From Macrostomum lignano (taxonomy: Eukaryota), in the NCBI GenBank assembly GCA_002269645.1, contig NIVC01001305.1, positions 1 to 33,556 of the forward strand: DNA of 33,556 nt, given 5' to 3'. How positions within the stretch are numbered: position 1 is the first letter of the stretch; the number at the start of each line of letters is the position of its first letter. Under the pieces are notes generated by a model that worked only from the letters and a program-made list of their open reading frames with translations, was not told where the DNA came from and searched no databases. Made by a program: the position numbers and the translations under genes. Below are positions 20,630-32,051 of the stretch, in pieces.

Positions 20630-21455
20630 CCTTCATGAGCCACAGCATTTCAGCAATCCCCCATGCATGAGCTTTGACGTAGCTCAGCAATCTCCCCGTA
20701 AGCCTCAGCAATTCCCCCATTAGTCTTTTTATGATCTGAACCCTAACCCTAAAACTCTAACCCTGTTAAGAGTCACAGCAACAGCAATTCCGCATGAGTC
20801 TTGACATCTTAGCAACCCCCCATGAGCCACAGAATTTTAGCTACAGTATTCTCCCGGCCATTTAATAATAAATCATATAATATAAGATCTATGGTCTCGA
20901 CATCTCAGCAATTTCCCTCTCATGAGATCTAACATCCTATAAATTACCTCAATGAGTCTTTTATGGACAGGGCGATTCTTTTATTGCTGAACCCAGCTTT
21001 AACCCAGACGAAAGCCACATGCAGCATTTTAGCAATTCCCTACCACAGATCTTGACATTTCAACGATTCCCTCCATGAGCCTTGACATCCTAGCAATTCC
21101 TCAAACGAGTCTTATGGTTGAAATGACAATATCAACCATGCTACATTGTCATGCTTTGGCAAGTAAATATACGAGCCGTAAGACGTGGACAAAATTATAC
21201 AGTTTAGGCAATTACGTCTAGCTCATAGACTTGTATTAGTGATATAGATTCCTAAATTTAGAATTCTATTGCATTTTTAGTATACTTGACTAGCAATTGC
21301 CCCCCCCCGGGAGGACACAAAACTGCACCCCCTAAGCTTGCCATCTCAGTAATTCCCCCAGAAGCCTCGACATTTCAGCCATTTACCCAGTAAGCCTTCA
21401 GATCTCGTCAATTCACCCAGTAAGCCTTGCCATCTCAGCAATTCCCCCACGAGTC
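20630..21455. repeat. Dispersed, degenerate copies of the 28/29-bp satellite unit found intact at 32052-33326
   Basis: Recurrent AGCCTTGACATCTCAGCAATTCCCC-like strings in the same orientation (e.g. ~20670, 20797, 21077, 21335, 21423). Confidence 0.8.
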
Positions 21456-22090
21456 TTAAAGGCTAACTTCTTTGACCAAAAACAATACTTTAAGCTATTC
21501 CAGAACTGATCAATTCCAGAAAAAGTACATTTAATTAGTATTGCCATTGGCAGCTCAAGCAATAACTAAAAATTAACTTTTTGTTCAAATAAACGTTTTA
21601 ACTTATAAAAAATCTACGCTATTTCAACCCCATTTGCCTCGCGTAGGCACAGGAAATGTTTTTAAATACGAGTCGTAATCAAAATTGACACCTCTGCAAG
21701 TCTCAGCAGCTTTGGGGAATAGAGGAATTATTTATAGCATCAGCTCGAGAATTGAAGTTTAGTCTATGGCCATATAAACATATTGAGCTCTCACTGAGAG
21801 AAAAATACTCAAAATTATAGATCTTCTAATGTAAAAATTTGAAATTAGAAAATTAGTTGTGCAGTTTTTAAGGAGATGTGAATCTTCCACTCAAAGAAAG
21901 TCAGAAAGAAAGTCAGAAAGTGAAAGTGAATTGAAAAAAGACCTTAGACAAATAAAAAATCCATTTTAAGCTGCCCAAAGTTTTTGCATGTGTGTTTCAT
22001 CTAGCTGCTGCGCAAAAATAAGTAGCATATGGCAGACATGGCTAGCAATAAAAAGTACGAGCTATTTTTACTCGTAATTGCCTGTCACAG

Positions 22091-22292
<202 letters not shown>

Positions 22293-22514
22293 GAAAATCG
22301 CCTGCTCTGCCATGGCCCAGAAACCGAGTGCGAACTCGCTACACCTGAATACGTCAAGCGTCACAGAGTCACCTGGCGCCCTTATCTAATCCTTCAATTT
22401 AGTAATGCCAGCCAACATGCAGTAGAAGAATGAAATTGCGGAGAACTTTCTGCTGCACGCAAATTTCTGTTCGGAGTCGGGCAAACTGGCCTTAACTAAA
22501 TTGACTCAATTAAA

Positions 22515-24128
22515 ATGAATTTTATTATCAGAGGTGTTCTGGGCCTTGTGCTTTTCTTCGTTTTGTTTAATGTGGCCCGGAATCTGTTCTACGACCTGTA
22601 CGCCAGCAACTGGCACAGGGCCAGCCGAGAGAACACGGCTGGCAAGCGGGTGCTCATCACCGGCTCGAGTCGAGGCATCGGAGAGGCCCTGGCGCATGTC
22701 TACGCGGAGCTTGGCGCTCACGTGACTGTCCACGCGAGGCGGTTGGACTCGCTTGAGAAGGTGTGCGAAAACCTGCATGCATCCAGAGAGCCAAGAGGTC
22801 TCTGCAGCAGCATGATGAATACAGAATAGGGAAGCCAGTGCTTCGATAGGAAGATGACGTTCATGCTAGCCTACTCAAAAAAATTCTCTTGCTCGCAGAT
22901 TCGAGCCGAGTGCCGCCGACTCGGCGCTGCCAGTGTGCACGCAGTCGCCGGCGATATGTCCTCGCCGGGCAGGGCCGCTCAGGTGGTGGCTGACGCGGCA
23001 GCTGCGATGGGTGGCGGCCTGGACATCGTGGTGGTGAACCACATCAGCCCGTCAGAGCTGACAACGTTGTCGCGGGCGATGCCCGACTCTGCTCAGAAGC
23101 AGCTGGCCGCCATGCAGACGAACTACTTCAGCTACGTGGAGGCCGCCCGGGCCGCCCTGCCGCACCTGGAGAAGTCGGCCGGCAGCCTCGTGCTGATCTC
23201 CTCGGCCGCCGCCCGCCTGCCCATCCCCTACTGCTACGAGTACTGCGCCTCCAAGCGCGCTCTGGAGGGCTTCTTCTCGACGCTGCGCCAGGAGCTGGCG
23301 CTGAACGGGTCCGCCGTGCACGCCGGCCTGGCTGTCCTGGGCCTGATTGGCACAGATAGCGCCAGGCAGACTGTGCCGTGAGCAGAGTTTTACGTTACTC
23401 GTAGAAATTAAGTTAGCGTTATGTTAGACAGCATATGCATGATTGCTATCGGGGACTGACTGAGTAAAGACGGGATGAGCACGAAAGCAAAATTTCACCG
23501 ATGCCGAAAAATCCTTCAAAGCCCGTCACAAGACTGACAACTTTTGTCACGTCTTTGAAAGGCTTGTGAAGTAAACTCCCAATGACATTGTCCTGCGAAA
23601 CAATATGCTTTGACGTAGCCCTTCAGTTTAGGCAGGTGTAGGCAGGTGACTGTACGAGAAGGTGACTTAGTAGGCAGGTGACTAAGAAGGCAATAAGGCA
23701 GGTTACTTAGAAGGCAGTAAGGCAGGTGACTTAGAAGGCAGTAGGCAGGGGACTAAGAAGGCAATAGGCAGGTTACTTAGAAGGCAGTGAGGCAGGTGAC
23801 TTAGAAGGCAGTAAGGCAGGTGACTTAGAAGGCATAAGACGAGTGCGAGGTTCCTGGCTAAGAGAAGCTTCTACATGTATAAAAAGATGAAAACAGCGCT
23901 CCGGTTTCCCCCAATATTCCACATGACCTGGACTGCAGCAAGTACAGCAAGGGCTCCAACTTAGACTTTGCGTCTCCGGCGGCCACGGCGCTGGACGTCA
24001 CCGCCATCCCAGTCGGCCGGCTGCGCGAGCTGGCGAGTCCCTGGAAGATGCGAGTGCCTCTGCTGCTGGGCGGCTGGGCGCCGGAGCACATTGAGCGGCA
24101 CCTGCAGGCTCTCACTAGGATCCTCTGA
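22515..24128 (+). CDS. Classical short-chain dehydrogenase/reductase, 11-beta-hydroxysteroid dehydrogenase 1-like; exons 22515-22760, 22899-23377, 23939-24128; ~304 aa
   Basis: N-terminal hydrophobic anchor, GKRVLITGSSRGIG (TGxxxGIG), GGLDIVVVNH, MQTNYFSYV, GSLVLISS, catalytic YCASK, and C-terminal SPAATALDV...RLREL. GT-AG junctions with phases 0 and 2. Closest resemblance is to HSD11B1/HSD11B1L; orthology not established. Confidence 0.9.
23630..23835. repeat. ~23-24 bp minisatellite (AGGCAGGTGACTTAGAAGGCAGTA) in SDR intron 2
   Basis: Tandem units are visible, e.g. starting at 23697 and 23721. Confidence 0.9.
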
Positions 24129-24504
24129 GGCAGAGGTGCAATTTTCTAATGCCGTTGATGAAGCAGAGGAGACAGGAACACAAGAACATGCTGTTCAAGT
24201 TTGAAATAAAATTTTACTGTCAGATTTCATTATTGATTTTTGCTTCATGTACAACTAGGCTATAAATGCTACACGCATATCATTGTCACTTAAGAACTGC
24301 TTCCCTCTATTGGCAGTAATGCCCCTTTCTCGATTGCCATAGCGAAGAGATCAAGGAAGCTATACAAGCTAAAATTTTAACCCGTATCAAATTTCAAACG
24401 AGAACAAGATCCCAAAAACGTGGAGTTGCTGGACTTACAAATTCATGGAAACAATAGCGGCAATAGCCGATTTGAGTCGATTTGAACTGAGCTTCATTCA
24501 CTTA

Positions 24505-24816
24505 ATTAATAATAATACTAACTGATTACACCTGCCCCAATTGGGCCAGATGTGCAACCGACAGCTCAGCCGCAGCCATTGCTGCGGGCTGCGAATCTGA
24601 TGGCTGCGAACGGCTGTTCAGTCCGAGGACTGGGGGGTCGCCACACACACCCTCAATTACCCAATGCTGGCACCCATTTTACAGCTGGGTGAACTGTGAA
24701 ACAATGCAGAGTTAAGTGTCTTGCTCAAGGACACAAATTGTTCCAGTGGTATCGGGAATCGAACCTCCGACCTTCAAGTCATGAGTCCGACGCTCTAACC
24801 TCCAATCTACAACCCC
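24505..24816 (-). mobile_element. tRNA-derived SINE (copy 1)
   Basis: Minus strand: tRNA-like head with B box GGTTCGATTCC, central TGTGTCCTTGAGCAAGACACTTAAC...CCCAGCTGTAAAATGGG, and a (TTA)n tail. Confidence 0.9.
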
Positions 24817-25719
24817 TACAGTTAAGCAAAAGTTTATAAATAGTAAAATAAAAATATTCAAGCACTAAGGCTGATGATCTGAACTCTGATCAAGAATTTC
24901 TATTTGCAACTTTGGAGCCATCTTAGGTTAAAAAATATCGCAAATTATCGCAAATTTTCGCATCGATGATGGTAACTTTAGGCTAACTTCATTTTTTAGC
25001 TAAAATGCAGAATTAATGCGCATTTTCATCCAGATTCAGTTCACTTTAGCTAAAAGGTCGCCTGAATGACGTCAGCTTCATCGAAAGCATTGTCGATCAG
25101 CAGCTTCGAAGCGGCTGCCTATGGACACTTAGCTCTTGTGCTACGAATCGAGGATCAAGGTTTGAAGCAGCAATGCATGCTGCAGTAAGACTACCGGTAC
25201 GCAAGCTGCTGCAAAAGGTGGCTACCTAAGGTTACAGCAGCTCAAGAACCCACCTTTGCAGTAAGACGGCCTGCATGGTAGCTGTGAGTTGCAAACTTGG
25301 CTTGATGCAGCAATTCATCCAGCTCATGGAGATTTGGGCTTGAGGCATGAGCACCTGAACTGACGGGGAGGCTGCATCAGACACTGACAGCTTTTCTCTT
25401 CAAGAGTCATTGCTACGAGGAAGCAAGAATGAAAGCCAAAGCTGGAGATTTGAACTTCGCGGACATCTTTGTTCATTTTATATGAGCTGCAAATGAAGTG
25501 GCCAAGAGTTGGATCAGAAATGGTACCACCAAAATTTCTGCCCACCGAAGTGCTTGAAGAGTAGTAAGACTGCGTGCTGCTAGGAGGCCGCGTGAGCTGC
25601 ACCAAACAGCGATGATCTCAATGGATCTCATATAGCGGCCGTGGCAAACCAGTCCAGCTCCGGACGTGACAGTTTGTTCGGTCCTCTGTGCGCCTGGACC
25701 TTCTGTGCAGCAGCGCGCT

Positions 25720-26338
25720 GAGCCCTGGTCCCGTCATCCAGACAGAGCTCAGATCGCAGCACCGAGCCCTGGTCCCGTCATCCAGACAGAGCTCAGATCG
25801 CAGCACCGAGCCCTGGTCCCGTCATCCAGGCAGAGCTCAGATCGCAGCACCGAGCCCTGGTCCCGTCATCCAGACAGAGCTCAGATCGCAGCACCGAGCC
25901 CTGGTCCCGTCATCCAGGCAGAGCTCAGATCGCAGCACCGAGCCCTGGTCCCGTCATCCAGGCAGAGCTCAGATCGCAGCACCGAGCCCTGGTCCCGTCA
26001 TCCAGGCAGAGCTCAGATCGCAGCACCGAGCCCTGGTCCCGTCATCCAGGCAGAGCTCAGATCGCAGCACCGAGCCCTGGTCCCGTCATCCAGACAGAGC
26101 TCAGATCGCAGCACCGAGCCCTGGTCCCGTCATCCAGACAGAGCTCAGATCGCAGCACCGAGCCCTGGTCCCGTCATCCAGACAGAGCTCAGATCGCAGC
26201 ACCGAGCCCTGGTCCCGTCATCCAGACAGAGCTCAGATCGCAGCACCGAGCCCTGGTCCCGTCATCCAGACAGAGCTCAGATCGCAGCACCGAGCCCTGG
26301 TCCCGTCATCCAGACACAGCTCAGATCGCAGCACCGAG
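25720..26338. repeat. 44-bp minisatellite, 14 near-identical copies (GAGCCCTGGTCCCGTCATCCAGRCAGAGCTCAGATCGCAGCACC)
   Basis: Unit starts at 25720, 25764 ... 26292; differences are almost confined to one A/G site. Confidence 0.97.
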
Positions 26339-26780
26339 TACACCGCGGCCAAAGCTATTGTAAAACCACTTGATACAGAAATTCTACATTTGCTCAATTC
26401 TGTTCATTTTAATTCACACACGCTCAAAACAGCGCATACGCAAGACAGGTTTGTTAATCCAGTTAGGAAAGTGCAGCCACTCGCTGAAAAAAGAATTTTT
26501 AATTTTTTATCATAGCCCACGACACCAAAAACACCATCTTCGCAGCTATGAAGTCCCGAGCACGCGAGTATTGCAGCACTGTGGGTGCTATTCATTGAAT
26601 TCGCAACCGCGTCCATCGGCGGCCGGCTTCGAGGCGGCTAACTGGATTTGGGTTGCTCGCGGCAGACTGGCCCATAAGAGTTGCAAGCTTTAATTATGCA
26701 TGGCTCACAGAAAGGAGCCATTATGAGCAGGTTTCATCAACAGAACCGGGAATGATGTGGTCTTCATCATCTTCATCTCT

Positions 26781-27088
26781 AATAATAATAATAATAATAA
26801 AATTGATTACACCTGCCCTATTGGGCAGATGTGCAACCGGACAGCTCAGCCGCAGTTATTGCGCGGCAAATCTGAAGGCTGCGAACGGCTGTTCAGTCCG
26901 AGGACTGGGGTTGCTACACACACCCTTAATTATCCCAGCTAATGCTGGGACCCTGAAGCTGGGTGAACTGAAGCAATGCAGAGTTAAGTGTCTTGCTCAA
27001 GGACACAAATTGTTACAGTGGGATCCCGAGTCGAACCCCCGACCTTCAAGTCGTGAGTCCGACGCTCTGACCACTGGGCCACAACGCC
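26781..27088 (-). mobile_element. tRNA-derived SINE (copy 2)
   Basis: Minus strand: A box TGGCCCAGTGG, B box GGTTCGACTC, the same central domain as copy 1, and a (TTA)n tail at 26781-26800. Confidence 0.92.
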
Positions 27089-27480
27089 AACCACAATCTG
27101 CGCTCGAGTCTAAGAACAGATAGCAAAGAAAAAAATGCAAGCCAACAAGCCGAGACCAAAGTTGCTGAAGCATTTTATAAATTTATTGATTGCGCCTTTT
27201 GCTCTCTCGGTCGGACATCTTTCGCAAAAAGATTTTCAATTAGGCTACACAAAACTGCAAACTGTCGCCAGAAGATGCGAAGATTGTGGAACGCTGAGCT
27301 TCAACAGAGAGACAGACGGAGACAGAGGGAGGAAAGGGTCTATAGCGGACTTCAGTAGCTGTATTGGGGTTCACTCCCAGTGATTGAGACAGTCTGGCCT
27401 ACGGGGGATGGCTTGTTTTTAGTGCAAGTTGCCTCGCTATTCCTTTGTCAGAGTGCTTTCTCCTGCCGAAAGTCAATGGC

Positions 27481-28054
27481 TCAGAAGTGGCCATTCTCCA
27501 CCGACAGTCGGCAGTCTTGGTACCGCGTCACCATGACGCGCAGCCGCGGCCCTTTGTGCGGATCGCCGAGGGCTCGGCTGAACAGGGCGTTGAATTCGTC
27601 TGCGGGATTCGCGGTGGTTCGAGGAGGAAGTTCTTGGAGCGCGGGGTTCAGCTCTTATGTCAGCTGTGATCGAAGTTGCTGACGATCAAAACTGATTGTT
27701 CGTTACTTTGAAGGGCAATGAAAGGGGGACAAATGCGATCGGTAAATCGAAAACGCAGCTTTTCTGACGTACACTATGCTGGGGGAATCTATATACGCGG
27801 ACACTGATGTACCAAACATTTATATACGTACACATCGGTATCGGCATCGACGCATTTCTCTTACCGTCAGTCATAGTTCGGCGCATAATCTTCTCGGCCA
27901 GGTGTTTCATCTGGATAAAAGGATTTCGACCGCAGATTCGCTCAACCTCGGAGTCCTGCGCCAAGGCCCCCTGGAGGCTGCAGCAGCAGCAGCAGATGAC
28001 TAGCAGAAGGGCCAGGCCGAGGGCCGACCTCGGCAGACTCTTCAGCTGAGGCAT
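27481..28054 (-). CDS. Small predicted secreted protein of unknown family (~120 aa); exons 28054-27865 and ~27653-27481
   Basis: ATG at 28054, signal peptide MPQLKSLPRSALGLALLLVICCCCSLQGALA, strong donor G|GTAAG at 27864. The GC3-rich frame ELNPALQ...YQDCRLSVENGHF* forms exon 2. AATAAA at 27187-27182. The exon 2 acceptor is uncertain: either a weak AAG, or an upstream CAG plus a 1-nt indel. Confidence 0.65.
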
Positions 28055-30274
28055 TTCTCTAAGAGATAAAGAAGGAATGAGGATCAACAAGCAGAACAGA
28101 AACAAGAAAAAAGATTTTGCAATGGAGTACTCACCTGAGTTTGATTTCGGTAAATTAATGAAAACTGGGGCGAACGAGAAGGCAGAAGCGCGAGCTGGTC
28201 GGCAAAGTCAGCAGCTGGAAGGACTGGGCGGACTCGGGCAGCATTTTATAAGCTCTCTTGAGCCAATCTCAGGCCGTTAGCGCTGAGCTGCCCTGCTCAG
28301 GTCTCCGTGCAGCCTCCCGATCCCCCAGCAGAGCAAATGGGAGAGTTCAGTCCGAGACCACCCGGCAACTCTCCCGCAGTCTGTTGCTCGCATTATCACC
28401 GACACTAAGCCGCGGCTGGCAGTCGTTGCTGGGCTGGCCAGCTTACAGAAACAGCGATAATCCGGTAGGCTGAGGACCGATTGGCACGGACCCAACCCTG
28501 GGTATCAGTTTCCCCCAAGCTGCTCGAAGTCCACTCATTCGAATTCGAGATCACGCGCGATGTCGCAAGACCTTGTCATTCATGTCTCAGCCATCAGCTG
28601 CAGGCCGAGATCGCGGACTCACGCAGATCGAATGCTGCAGCCTTGGCGGCTCTAGATCCCGAAGCACTTGGGAGCAGCTGAGACTGAATCAGCCTCTTCA
28701 ATGCCTTCCTCAGAAACCAAGTCGTGTCTGCGGTTTACATCGCGGATTTTGCAGGCTCCTCACCTGTCATAGCAAGCTAAAAAGTTGTGAGCACCGGTGC
28801 AAGAACTGCTCAAATTCGACTAGTCACTGGCATGGCGCGCCAGGATTTTCTCTCCGGCAGTCGTGACGAATTTTATAATTCTCTGCCGTACTCAGGCATA
28901 CAACACGATCGAGCAACTGAGTTGGATGGCTGGCTGCACCTCGATTACGAAAATTGAATTTTGAATTTGCACTTTTTGGCAGTTTGCTGCGAGTACATAG
29001 CACCAAGCCATTTGGCTGCGGTCGCACAGCCGACAAGCAAGCGCTGCTGCGGGCGAACTCGGACCATTTGTTGCATCGGATTAGGGATTAGCAAAGCTCG
29101 CAGCGGCATTAGGACGACGGTCATTTTGGAGTCCCAAGACAGTCGCACAGGCTGAGTGCCTCGCCTAGCCAGGCACTTTGGCGGCTTCGGCAAGAAGCCC
29201 CGGCCAAGCAGACTCGGAGGCGCCTCGGACAGGCATATTTGGCAGCTTCTTCGGAATTGAAGAGAGCTGGAGCATTCGGGACAGAGGCACAGAAATAGAT
29301 GCCCAACCCATTGGCATCAATTAGCTCCGGTTGAGATTAGCCAAGTCGCATTATCTTCCTATGTGACTTGTGGAGCTGGCAAATACCTGCCATTTGCTTC
29401 GAAAAAGCACGGTCGATCTCAACATTGTAGGGAGTTGACAATGAGATTTCCAGTCAGACTAGGAACCAACGTGAGAAAGAGATGTCTAATAAAGTAAGTC
29501 TAGGTAAACCGGATGTCAAATAAAAGGGACTAAAATCGCCAGACAGGCACAAATTCGTCATACAAGAAGTGCAGCTGTGGATGCAGATTCAGGAAGTCAA
29601 TGAAGTGCAGCAGTGGTGACGCGGAACGGTCGGTTATTAGAGTGGCAGGCCATGTGCAATGGCAAAAGGTTCGGGTGGACGCCGCTACAGAACATGTGTA
29701 TATTGATATATCTTGCAACAAAGTGTTGCGAAACATAATAAATACTAACGATTGTGAATCAAAAGTCGGAATTCACTGTTGCACATATAATTTGAGCTTA
29801 GTTTCAGTAGAAAGCATCATCTAAATTGATTATACTGCTATTTTATAGTAGAAAAATGGAAGAATGCAATAATTTTCATTGCGTAAGAGCTGGTGTTCGA
29901 ATAAAATGAATGGAGAAGAGAATAGGGCTAGGCCCGAATTCAGGTGACAGGTGACGCAGTCAGTCTATAGATGCAGTCTCATAGTGCTTGTATAAAAAAT
30001 CAATGCTTTTGCTTGTAACAAATCTGAACCTTATGAAAGACACAAAATTTGCTAGTGGTTGGCTCACGATAGTACTGTAAATAGTTATTGTAGTAGTCTT
30101 AGACAAATCGGGAGCTGATTTTAAAGAATGTGCTTTCCAATAGTTTAGCCATACAGACAGAGTACGCAGTGAATTTCTAGTTAGAAAGTACGAAAAACTC
30201 TAAACGGACGCCCAATTGAAAGTAGTGTATAACTAACTAATGGAGTGGCATATCTTTGTGCTTCAGTATCTGCG

Positions 30275-30714
30275 TTAACCACTGAGTTGCTCAGTCTTGC
30301 CCGGCAGCTCCTCGTTGTGGAAGATTCTGTGCTGGAAGGTCACCGAATCCAACTGCTGCCATCGCTGCTTCCGGTGCCGGTGCCAGGCTAGCAGCAAGCC
30401 GCCAGCAGCAGCAGCAGCGCCAGGCCGGTCAGCAACAGCACAGCAACGGCCACCTCTCGGTGCCAGGCGTCACCGCGGCCGCCAGCCAGCAGGGCGGAGC
30501 CGCGGCTCTCACAACGCTGGCCGACAAACGGCGCCAAGCAGCTGCAGCGGTTGCAGACGGCATTCAAGCCGCTGCCGGTGCACTGCGCGCAAACGCCGTC
30601 ATTGAAGCAGTAGCGAATGCACGCCTTGGGCAGGGCCATGAATGGCGATTGGAGGCAATGCAATTCCGGCTGCACTTCAGCTTTGCTAGACAGACTCAGG
30701 CTCAGGTCGAGATT
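30275..30714 (-). CDS. EGF-like domain plus transmembrane helix and short cytoplasmic tail; 5' end unresolved; apparent 1-nt frameshift at 30401-30402
   Basis: CIRYCFNDGVCAQCTGSGLNAVCNRCSCLAPFVGQRCE, then EVAVAVLLLTGLALLLLL. After the shift the reading continues GLLLAWHRHRKQRWQQLDSVTFQHRIFHNEELPGKTEQLSG* (stop 30277-30275). Confidence 0.75.
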
Positions 30715-31507
30715 CTAGACACCGACGCAAAAGTTCCCGAAGACATTTTCCCGAGTGGAAACACTTCACTGGACATTTACGTATTGAGGCAGGGGACATC
30801 TAAGTCTACTAGGACAAGCTAGCCAAAACTGAATAGTGTATTAGATAAAATAGACCCTGCTAAGCACTGTTAAAACAGCTGAGCCTTGCAATGCCGTCAC
30901 CAATTTGCACCTGTGCTAAGGCCAAGTACACTTGCTGCAGTGCACACAGTGCAGTACAGCGCAGCACCGGTCAAAGTTCGAATCCGCTGGTCTAACGGCG
31001 CCACACCCCGCGCAGAGACAAGAAATTTCTAAGCAACGGAATTGAAGTGAAAGATTTCTTATCTGCCTGAGAAACTGCCTGATAAAAAGAGCAAAATTAA
31101 AAAGAACGCCAACACATTAAGCCTACTGCTTAACTCATCAGAATGTATTTAAGAATTCAAATGTGTGCTTTAGAATATAACAAAGCAACTCGTGGAAAAG
31201 TGGCAATTTAAAAAAAAGTTGATGAATCAAAAAACGCATTTATGTAACCAATAAGAATATTAAAAATGAGGGCGAGCAAATCACTCTTCAAATCTGTTTC
31301 AGGCTGTCATTCGTCCGAGAAGATGATGCAATCAGGGTCTAATGGGCTGCAGCAAACATGCGCCAACTTCGCAACAATTAAGGCTGGGCATCCCCCGCCC
31401 GCATGGGCAAACTGTACCGCCTGTCTGCGAACTTAAAAAATTGAAAGAAATGGTTCGGTTCTCACTCAGAATTGGCGTGGGGTCGCAGCTCGATCAGGCT
31501 TTGCTGC

Positions 31508-31686
31508 TCACAGCTTGGCCTTGAGCTCGCCAACCCGCGACTGGAACTCGCGCAGCTTCATGGCCAGCCCCATGTTGCCCTGCATCTTGAGCTTGCCGCT
31601 GAAGAACGCCTGCTGCGGATTGAGCTTGCCGAGCATCAGCTGCACCAGGTCCTGGTCCGAGATCGTGATGGTCACGTCAGCCTTGC
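31508..31686 (-). CDS. SCP2: Last exon of sterol carrier protein 2 (SCP2/SCPx) with peroxisomal PTS1 -AKL; upstream exons not found in the window
   Basis: [45 protein letters not shown]...[13 protein letters not shown] is SCP2-type rather than HSD17B4-type. Acceptor CCCCAACCCCGCAG at 31687 matches the other acceptors in the window. Confidence 0.9.
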
Positions 31687-31813
31687 CTGCGGGGTTGGGG
31701 ATCGGGCGGTAGTGGGCTGTGACGAATTCGCTGCCCAAACCACCGCTTCCTGTGGGGCCAGAGCGCGCATCGGTTATGATTGTTAGCAGAGCACTAACCA
31801 TCTTTAGTATATG

Positions 31814-31847
31814 GACTAGCAATCTAGTGCCCCCCTTCGGGGCGGCG
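31814..31847 (-). mobile_element. Putative Helitron 3' terminus (GC hairpin with GAA loop followed by CTAG|T)
   Basis: Minus strand reads CGCCGCCCCGAAGGGGGGCACTAGATTGCTAG|T. A similar end occurs at 21288-21314. No 5' end was found. Confidence 0.5.
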
Positions 31848-32051
31848 AATAAGCAAGGGACGAAATATATTTATGTGAATCCTTTAAAATGAAAGCACAT
31901 TTTCTTAAAGGCATTTATTCTTCAGTTTCATAAATCACCTAAATAAATTCTTAATCAAGTAAAATTTTTAGGGACAAAGATTTAGGGAGCCAACAAAGAA
32001 TGGAATATTTTTTGGATAAACTACGAGCTACATGTAGCTTCTGACTTCTCA

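Noticed and set aside
20740-20765. Telomere-like AACCCTAACCCTAAAACTCTAACCCT
   Set aside because: Only 2-4 imperfect units; too short to call an interstitial telomere.
25324-26616. Possible minus-strand gene (ORFs 26404-26616 and 25324-25605) with the 44-bp array as an intron
   Set aside because: No recognisable domain, weak splice signals and no consistent frame.
24740-27088. tRNA genes at the SINE heads
   Set aside because: There is no complete acceptor stem; the heads continue into a shared SINE body and a (TTA)n tail.
27865-28054. Insulin-like peptide (signal peptide + RICG resembling B-chain LCG, apparent GKR cleavage site)
   Set aside because: The second B-chain Cys is absent, no CCxxxC...C A chain was found, and the GKR is read through the GTAAG splice donor.
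28258-29306. Several short GC-rich ORFs on both strands
   Set aside because: No family motif, stops in the best-looking frames and no convincing splice structure; may be UTR, promoter or decayed sequence.
31687-31822. N-terminal extension of the SCP2 ORF (MLVHILK...PIPNPA)
   Set aside because: It does not match the SCP2 fold well, overlaps the Helitron-like end, and a typical acceptor sits at 31687; treated as intron.
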